IMG/VR virus record: IMGVR_UViG_3300021167_000128
Span: 16,637-80,636 of that record
From: a virus
Lineage: Duplodnaviria; Caudoviricetes
Length of the DNA: 64,000 bases
Reading direction: 5' to 3' (one strand)
Position 1 is the stretch's first letter; each line of letters begins with the position of its first letter. The notes beneath the pieces are model-generated. The model worked only from the letters and a program-made list of their open reading frames with translations, was not told where the DNA came from and ran no database searches. Position numbers and translations under genes: made by a program. Shown piece after piece: positions 58,249 through 64,000 of the stretch.

Positions 58249-58479
58249 TTACTCCTTTCGTTTATAAATTACAATATCAAGAATATTTAGATTTGTAATA
58301 GTCATATAAACCCAATCTATTACTGCATATGTATTAACCCCAGGAATAAGAGAAATAAATATATCTCTAATTAAGTCACTAACACGGAAGAGTACTGAAG
58401 TTTTAATATCGTCATAAATCAATAGAATTAGGCTTAAAGTAATAGATACTCCATAAATAACTGTTAGGTATTCAACCAT
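58249..58479 (-). CDS. membrane protein
   Basis: Two hydrophobic segments, SLIPGVN. Confidence 0.6.
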   Translation of the reverse strand: MVEYLTVIYGVSITLSLILLIYDDIKTSVLFRVSDLIRDIFISLIPGVNTYAVIDWVYMTITNLNILDIVIYKRKE

Positions 58480-58495
58480 TCAATATTTCTCCTAA

Positions 58496-58687
58496 TCAAG
58501 AATTTTCAATCTTATCCCAACTACGCTTTGCTTCTCGAAGTTTAGACCTGTCTTGCTGCTTGTTATCTCGGATAGGTCGAATATCCGATTCTACCTGCTT
58601 CTTTTGCTTAGGAACGAAACCTCCATAACAATCATCTTCATCATAAAGGGAATCAAGATCAGCAGTTTGCATCAACTTCATTTTCAT
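58496..58687 (-). CDS. hypothetical protein
   Basis: Operon packing. Confidence 0.55.
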   Translation of the reverse strand: MKMKLMQTADLDSLYDEDDCYGGFVPKQKKQVESDIRPIRDNKQQDRSKLREAKRSWDKIENS

Positions 58688-59052
58688 TAGTGAATTTCCT
58701 TGTTTGCTTGTTTACCAAATTCTACACCAGCTTCAAATACTTTAGAAGCAAAGAATTCTATTTCTTTAATATTTTCTTGCATGTTCATATTATTGATTAT
58801 GAAACCACAATTAGATGCAATTGATTTAAGTAATTCATTCTGAAAATTAGAACCATCAGCATGTTGTGGCATAAATTCAGTATATTTCTTAATAAATATT
58901 ACATTGCACTCATCTTTCCTATCCTCTTCAGAACAATGTGCTTGCGAACAAAGTTTGGTATGCTCTGTTTCATACAGTGCGCAACCGTCACAACCATTAA
59001 TCACATGAGTTGCAACATAACCTTCGGGTGCTTCATCAGGATTTACTTTCAT
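58687..59052 (-). CDS. Cys-rich hypothetical protein
   Basis: APEGYVA..GCDGCAL...C...R.D..NVIF. Confidence 0.65.
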   Translation of the reverse strand: MKVNPDEAPEGYVATHVINGCDGCALYETEHTKLCSQAHCSEEDRKDECNVIFIKKYTEFMPQHADGSNFQNELLKSIASNCGFIINNMNMQENIKEIEFFASKVFEAGVEFGKQANKEIH

Positions 59053-59174
59053 CGTTGGCTCCAGAAAGACTTTTTAGGATAATAACAGCTTGTTCATATG
59101 TAAGCAAAGGAAGAATTACTTTGTTATTTTCAGTAATTGAAAATTTAGCCTTTTCGATATTGCTACGAATAATT

Positions 59175-59378
59175 TTATACTTCATGATTGTACCTATCTC
59201 CAATAGCATCATCATAACCCTTATAGTATGTAATATATTCTAGATCACTACTCTTAGATTCTAGATATTTAGCAAGTCTTTGTAGTTCAGTATTAGTAGA
59301 AGAATACCACAAATTAATCTGTTCTTCCAATGCGAGATGTTCTTGAAGCAAAATATCCATCTGTTGTGCATCATTCAT
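59175..59378 (-). CDS. hypothetical protein
   Basis: GGAG RBS, 67 aa. Confidence 0.55.
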   Translation of the reverse strand: MNDAQQMDILLQEHLALEEQINLWYSSTNTELQRLAKYLESKSSDLEYITYYKGYDDAIGDRYNHEV

Positions 59379-59449
59379 AATTATCTCCGGTAAGTTAGGT
59401 AAGTTAGGTAAGACAACGGAAGCTATCTTACCTTTTACCTTTTACTCAG

Positions 59450-59755
59450 TTACGTGTCAAGAACTTCTTTGTTAATCTGCTCGATAAGCCCAAGATCAGG
59501 CTTGAAGGTAATCCCTTTGTTAGTCTTTTTAGTAAAGACTCGACCTGTAATACCAGACTTAAACTGACGTTCTACGCTGGCCTTCGGGCGAAAAGTACCT
59601 ACACCTTGAATTTTGATTTCATATCCTTCATTGATAGTATCATTAATCAACTGAGAAAGTCCGGCAATAATATCTTTAATTTCATAGAGATGATAGTGAG
59701 AATCGAGACGATCTTGAATCATACCAGGAACTTCGCTTGCATTGATTTTAGCCAT
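59450..59755 (-). CDS. HU/IHF-like DNA-binding protein
   Basis: IKIQGVGTF...R....ITG....ITFKP..L...IN. Confidence 0.8.
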   Translation of the reverse strand: MAKINASEVPGMIQDRLDSHYHLYEIKDIIAGLSQLINDTINEGYEIKIQGVGTFRPKASVERQFKSGITGRVFTKKTNKGITFKPDLGLIEQINKEVLDT

Positions 59756-59765
59756 ATTTTATCCT

Positions 59766-60701
59766 TTACTTTAGTTTATTTTCAATAAGTTTACGGTGTT
59801 GGATAAATCCTTTAAAGTTACCAGACCAAAGATCAGCATCTCTATCAATATGAGACACACCTTCGGGAAGAGTACTAGGAAAGATCCGTTGAATAATACC
59901 AGCTTTCTTATTAGAAAGTGCAATTCCTTGATGATCGAGGGGTGATGTATGAGGCTTAGGACCATTAAAGAGTTTATCCCAAATTTCCATAGCCTTATCA
60001 AAACTATCATCTAATTTTCGATAAGAAACCTGACAGCAACAGCTTGCAGAAATACGTAGAGCTTCTTCCTTAGATAGCTCACACCGATCTTGCCCTCCAA
60101 TATAATAACGGATTTCATCGCTAAGATCAAATCCTACTTCACGATCTACATAAGGTACATGAAGTTCTCCTGCTTTAAGCTGCAAAGGAATAGAATCTTG
60201 CATAGCTTTCTGCATCTTATTAGCTAGGTCAACAATTTCTGGCTGTGCAGCTTCGGGATCAATACGGAGCCAAAAGAAATTATTCCATTCAGTAGCAGAG
60301 ATAACAGCCTTGATCTTACTAAAAGGTTCAGTAATTCGATTAGTCCATTGCTTATGAAGACCTAGTTCATTTAGTTGCAAACTTGCTGCAAAAGCATAGT
60401 TAGCTGCGGAATCCCATACCTTTTGAATCTTAGCTGATTCTAATTCATTAAATTCCTTGGTAGAGGACATACCAGCTTTGTTCTTACCATAGATAATCGG
60501 ACGTACAAAGTCTTCATTTACCTTAAGTACAGTTTTAGATGGTACAGCACGACTACTTTGAGCATTCCGTGAAAGCATTCGATGTGTCATAACCTCTGCC
60601 CAAATATAGCGGTAGGTTTCAATCTCAAAGGTCACTAGACGATCTCCAGTAGGAGAAAGGCTATCTTGAATTACTTTAACTTGGTTGATACTTTCTTGCA
60701 T
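59766..60701 (-). CDS. thyX: flavin-dependent thymidylate synthase (phage ThyX-like)
   Basis: EVMTHRMLSRNAQSSRAVP, HKQW.NR..EPF, AQPEI, CQVSYR, H.SP..HQ. Confidence 0.8.
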   Translation of the reverse strand: MQESINQVKVIQDSLSPTGDRLVTFEIETYRYIWAEVMTHRMLSRNAQSSRAVPSKTVLKVNEDFVRPIIYGKNKAGMSSTKEFNELESAKIQKVWDSAANYAFAASLQLNELGLHKQWTNRITEPFSKIKAVISATEWNNFFWLRIDPEAAQPEIVDLANKMQKAMQDSIPLQLKAGELHVPYVDREVGFDLSDEIRYYIGGQDRCELSKEEALRISASCCCQVSYRKLDDSFDKAMEIWDKLFNGPKPHTSPLDHQGIALSNKKAGIIQRIFPSTLPEGVSHIDRDADLWSGNFKGFIQHRKLIENKLK

Positions 60702-61044
60702 TAAATACTCCCTGTATTTACAATATTACGAATAGCATTAATAGCTTCACAAATTTGTTGTTGAGCAATAGGATGAAGATCCTTCCATTTAATATTACTT
60801 CCTTCTGATAAAGCAAGCTTTTCAAATAGTTCTTCAACTTTAGATTTCATTTTAATGGTTCTCCATAATTAATATCTTCCTCATGTTTAAAATTTAGGTA
60901 CAAACACCGTATATTCTGTGGTGTTCTTTTTCTGTTGGGTATGAGCCCATCTTACCAGCTTACCACCTACTTTGTCAATAAATTCTTTAGCTGCATAGAA
61001 TGAGAAGAAACGATAGTACATGATTTGTCCTTTAATTTGATTAA

Positions 61045-61278
61045 TTATTTACTACAAATATAGTCAACGTAGAATCGTTCTAATACGCTAGTATAGAAAT
61101 CTCCCATAAGCATGCTAATACTTAATCTACCTAATCCATTATTCTTATTATATTCATTTGCCTGTTGTCTGAGATAACAATCTCCTAACACACCGTCTTG
61201 CTGTAGCGTTTTATAGTTAAGAACTATTTCATTAAGTTGTTCTTCTGTCATTTTATTAACAATATCTGTAATATACAT
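61045..61278 (-). CDS. hypothetical protein
   Basis: GAGG RBS, 77 aa. Confidence 0.6.
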   Translation of the reverse strand: MYITDIVNKMTEEQLNEIVLNYKTLQQDGVLGDCYLRQQANEYNKNNGLGRLSISMLMGDFYTSVLERFYVDYICSK

Positions 61279-61285
61279 AATTACC

Positions 61286-61684
61286 TCAAAGTTTAATGGA
61301 AAAGCGGTTTTTCATCTGTTCAATCTTTTCAGGAGGAACATTATGAATATTCATATTACCATGCCTATTCTCAACAATCAAGCTAACAAATTGAGCATTA
61401 AACTCTGTAGTAAGATCTTGATAAACTTTAACTTCTTTTTCAGTTGTGCTGGTATTAGATACAATTACATCATAACCCTCCATCAAGAAAATAATAGTAT
61501 CATTTTGACAACGTTCATGTGCTCTATGTAGTTTTGAACTATCAAAAATATAGTAACCATCTTCATCAATAAAATACTGGTCAGCTTCGATAACAACTGA
61601 TTTTGTAAGATTATTATGAATACTATAAGCAAGCTTGCTTTTACCAGCACCAGGAAGACCACGAATCAAATACAAAGTTTGCAT
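61286..61684 (-). CDS. P-loop kinase (AAA_33/polynucleotide kinase-like)
   Basis: IRGLPGAGKS, EADQYF, VIVSNT, HNVP. Confidence 0.85.
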   Translation of the reverse strand: MQTLYLIRGLPGAGKSKLAYSIHNNLTKSVVIEADQYFIDEDGYYIFDSSKLHRAHERCQNDTIIFLMEGYDVIVSNTSTTEKEVKVYQDLTTEFNAQFVSLIVENRHGNMNIHNVPPEKIEQMKNRFSIKL

Positions 61685-61690
61685 ATCAGT

Positions 61691-62083
61691 TTATCCTTTA
61701 CGTTGAGCTGCTTCTTTAAGCCTTAGTGAAATTCTCTTTCTATTTTCTTCAAGAGCTTCTTTAGTTGGAATATAATCTTTAATCAGTTTTATGTCAATAC
61801 CTTCAAGAAGACTTTCAGTAGCAATTGGTTTAGGATTATAATTTCGATTCTGCATTTCTTTAGTAAGCTGCTCATATCTATCAGAGCAATACTTTAGTTT
61901 ATCAAAATAAAAAGTAACATGACCCTTACCTAGAGTCCATTCAGTAGGTAATTTCTTCCTACCTCCTAGAATATCTCTTTGAGCATTTCTAGCTAAAGTA
62001 AATACTCTAGGCAGCTCCCTATACTCTGCTACAAGATGACTATAGTGCAGTTCTTCTACTGGAACTACATTAATACGGGTCAT
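61691..62083 (-). CDS. denV: pyrimidine dimer DNA glycosylase (T4 endonuclease V-like)
   Basis: MTRINVVPVEEL...HLVAEYRELPRVF, LGKGHV.FYFDKL. Confidence 0.9.
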   Translation of the reverse strand: MTRINVVPVEELHYSHLVAEYRELPRVFTLARNAQRDILGGRKKLPTEWTLGKGHVTFYFDKLKYCSDRYEQLTKEMQNRNYNPKPIATESLLEGIDIKLIKDYIPTKEALEENRKRISLRLKEAAQRKG

Positions 62084-62278
62084 ACTTAAATATCCTTATT
62101 GATTGGTTCGGTGAAAAGATCCGCAATTAGGACAGTAAAGACCTTTAATTTTTGTTCCTTCGTCTGTACGATCCGTAAATTTATCTTCATTTGGTGCATA
62201 TTGTACAATAGCTCCACAACTATAACAAGTAAATTTCTTAAGGAAACTTTCATCAAAACCAATCACCTTAGCCACTTA

Positions 62279-62491
62279 TCAAACCTCCTTTACCAACCTA
62301 CCTAAAGATTGTTGAACAAACATATGATTTAGAATATAACCCTCTTGATCATATGCAAAAACATTTAGTTGCCCATCTACGATGACTTTACCATGAAAGA
62401 ACTCAGGAGAACAACAGGTTTTTACTTTCTTTATGATTGTAACAACCCTACCTTGATCGTCTTCGTAGATAAAACCAACTTCAGGTTTCAT
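62279..62491 (-). CDS. hypothetical protein
   Basis: Operon packing. Confidence 0.55.
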   Translation of the reverse strand: MKPEVGFIYEDDQGRVVTIIKKVKTCCSPEFFHGKVIVDGQLNVFAYDQEGYILNHMFVQQSLGRLVKEV

Positions 62492-62906
62492 TTATTACTT
62501 TCAAATAGATGATACTTTCTTCAGAGCAAGTAGGGAATTTACTAACCATTGTACAATGAAGTTGTTTATAATAATTGCAAAAAGTACCATCCTGGGACAT
62601 ACATAGAGCAAGTCCATCCTTAACCTTTGCAGGAACTTTGATAATTTTATAAGGTTTAACTCTCTTTAGACAAGAACAAGGGATAGCCGAGTTTATAATG
62701 TGATTATCGTCTCCTTTGAAGTTAATATAAACATAAGGGTATGCATTTTCACATGTAACATAATTCAAAACCCAACTATCGACAACACCTTTACTTCCAA
62801 CAGGAGGAAGTTGTGCAACTTCAACTCCAAGACCATCAATAGGGGTGCGGTAGATTTCAACTTGATCACCACGTTTAAAATTGTATTTCATATTATTTCC
62901 TTTCAA
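62481..62906 (-). CDS. hypothetical protein
   Basis: FKRGDQV SH3-like start, Cys-rich tail; true start probably the second Met. Confidence 0.55.
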   Translation of the reverse strand: MKGNNMKYNFKRGDQVEIYRTPIDGLGVEVAQLPPVGSKGVVDSWVLNYVTCENAYPYVYINFKGDDNHIINSAIPCSCLKRVKPYKIIKVPAKVKDGLALCMSQDGTFCNYYKQLHCTMVSKFPTCSEESIIYLKVINET

Positions 62907-62912
62907 TTAAAT

Positions 62913-63203
62913 TTATTTATAAATCCAAACATACACATCAAACCCTTTACACTCTTCTTCAATGATTTTAGCAATAATATCCCAAGTCCAACCTGCAAGA
63001 CCCGCCCCAATCTTAGGAATATGTAAATCTTGCTTATTAATATTTAGAATTGAAAATTCTCTAAAACAAGTACGAAGTGCATCATAATCTAAATAAATTT
63101 TATCCCTACCATAATCATACTGAGTCTGCATATTTACAATGCAGGGTGAATCTGGAGTTTGTCTTACAAATGCAATATATCCAAGTTGTAGCATACCTTG
63201 CTC
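62913..63203 (-). pseudogene. 3' part of a macrodomain (Appr-1''-p processing) gene, cut by the TnpB element
   Basis: IVNMQTQYDYG, IPKIGAGLAG.TW..I; the N-terminal macrodomain motifs are missing. Confidence 0.8.
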
Positions 63204-64000
63204 TTGACGTCCTCCCCGGCCTAAAGGCCGAGGATTCCTACTGCTAGAGGCGCACGTCCGCGCCCAAGAATGTTCTTTGCCGCGTTGACGTCGCGCTGGT
63301 GTTCAGCGCCACAGTCCGGGCAAGTCCATTCTCTTATTCCAAGACCTTCGATACCTTTCGGACCCGAAATGCTTCCGCACTCCGAACAGGCTTGGGTTGA
63401 AAAACTCTCGTTCACTTCCCTGACAACAATACCGGCGTGAGCGCCTTTGTATTCCAACATTGTTTTCAGCGATGACCAGCCAGAGTCCAGCACTGACTTT
63501 GCCATCTTGGTTTTGACGAGTTTGCTGCTTGATACGTTGCCAACGTAGATTTCGCCGCAGCGATCTACCAGTTGGCGGGAAAACTTGTGCAAGGCGTCCT
63601 TACGACGGTTTGCGATCTTGGCGTGAATGGCCTTGACGCGATGTTTCTTCCGGGCGCGTTGAGCGACGGCAAGCTGTTGCTCTGCGCCGCGATACCAGCG
63701 ACCAGAACCAAGCTCAGTGCCGTCCGAACAGGTGGCTACCTCCTTGAGTCCGAGGTCGATGCCGATAGCCTCCTGACCGGCAGATAGCTTTTCCTCAACG
63801 TCGACAACGACATTAAAGTACCAGCGACCACGGCTGTCCTCATTGAAGGACGCAGAGCGGAATTTGTACCCGGCCAGCCCGTAGCTGTCCCAGACGCCGA
63901 AGTGGTGGCCGTTGTGATAAACCTGACCATTCTTCCACGACGCCATGCCTGTATTGACCGGAATCCAGCCGAGCGAATACTTGGCAGAGTTGCGATTCGA
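63204..64000 (-). mobile_element. IS200/IS605-family element, right end (partial)
   Basis: GC-rich; subterminal hairpin CCTCGGCC-TTTA-GGCCGGGG followed by ACGTCAA right end. Confidence 0.85.
63221..64000 (-). CDS. tnpB: TnpB RNA-guided endonuclease (5' truncated by the window edge)
   Basis: RuvC GIDLGL, zinc finger CSECG/CPDCG, RDVNAAKNIL; frame open from 64000 (SLGWIP). Confidence 0.92.
   Translation of the reverse strand, partial: SNRNSAKYSLGWIPVNTGMASWKNGQVYHNGHHFGVWDSYGLAGYKFRSASFNEDSRGRWYFNVVVDVEEKLSAGQEAIGIDLGLKEVATCSDGTELGSGRWYRGAEQQLAVAQRARKKHRVKAIHAKIANRRKDALHKFSRQLVDRCGEIYVGNVSSSKLVKTKMAKSVLDSGWSSLKTMLEYKGAHAGIVVREVNESFSTQACSECGSISGPKGIEGLGIREWTCPDCGAEHQRDVNAAKNILGRGRAPLAVGILGL

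Noticed and set aside
1-64000. Prophage or alternative genetic code
   Set aside because: No integrase, att site or host genes in the window; long genes read through in the standard code with all three stop codons in use

Overview
A 64 kb segment of an AT-rich, apparently lytic tailed phage (siphovirus-type morphogenesis genes, probably infecting a proteobacterium). No integrase or repressor was recognised in the window. Layout: 1-8.0 kb (+) DNA metabolism (exonuclease, endonuclease VII, MazG-like NTP-PPase, class II RNR). 8.1-34.6 kb (-) lysis, tail, head and packaging genes. 34.7-35.4 kb (-) four tRNAs. 36-38.8 kb (-) Dam methylase and hypotheticals. 39-48 kb (+) helicase, putative origin, two more methyltransferases, PhoH and a ClpP-like protease. 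48.9-64 kb (-) early and middle genes (ThyX, HU, DenV, SleB, HD protein) ending in a TnpB insertion. The most notable content is mobile-element layering that the ORF track misses: (i) an ORF-less 246-nt group I intron splitting the terminase Walker A motif; (ii) a methyltransferase carrying an intein and also split into two ORFs around a decayed HNH gene; (iii) a TnpB element inside a macrodomain gene; (iv) four free-standing homing endonucleases; (v) four places where a diverged duplicate of a gene end sits on the other side of a cargo gene or origin. All family assignments come from motif recognition; no database search or folding program was run.
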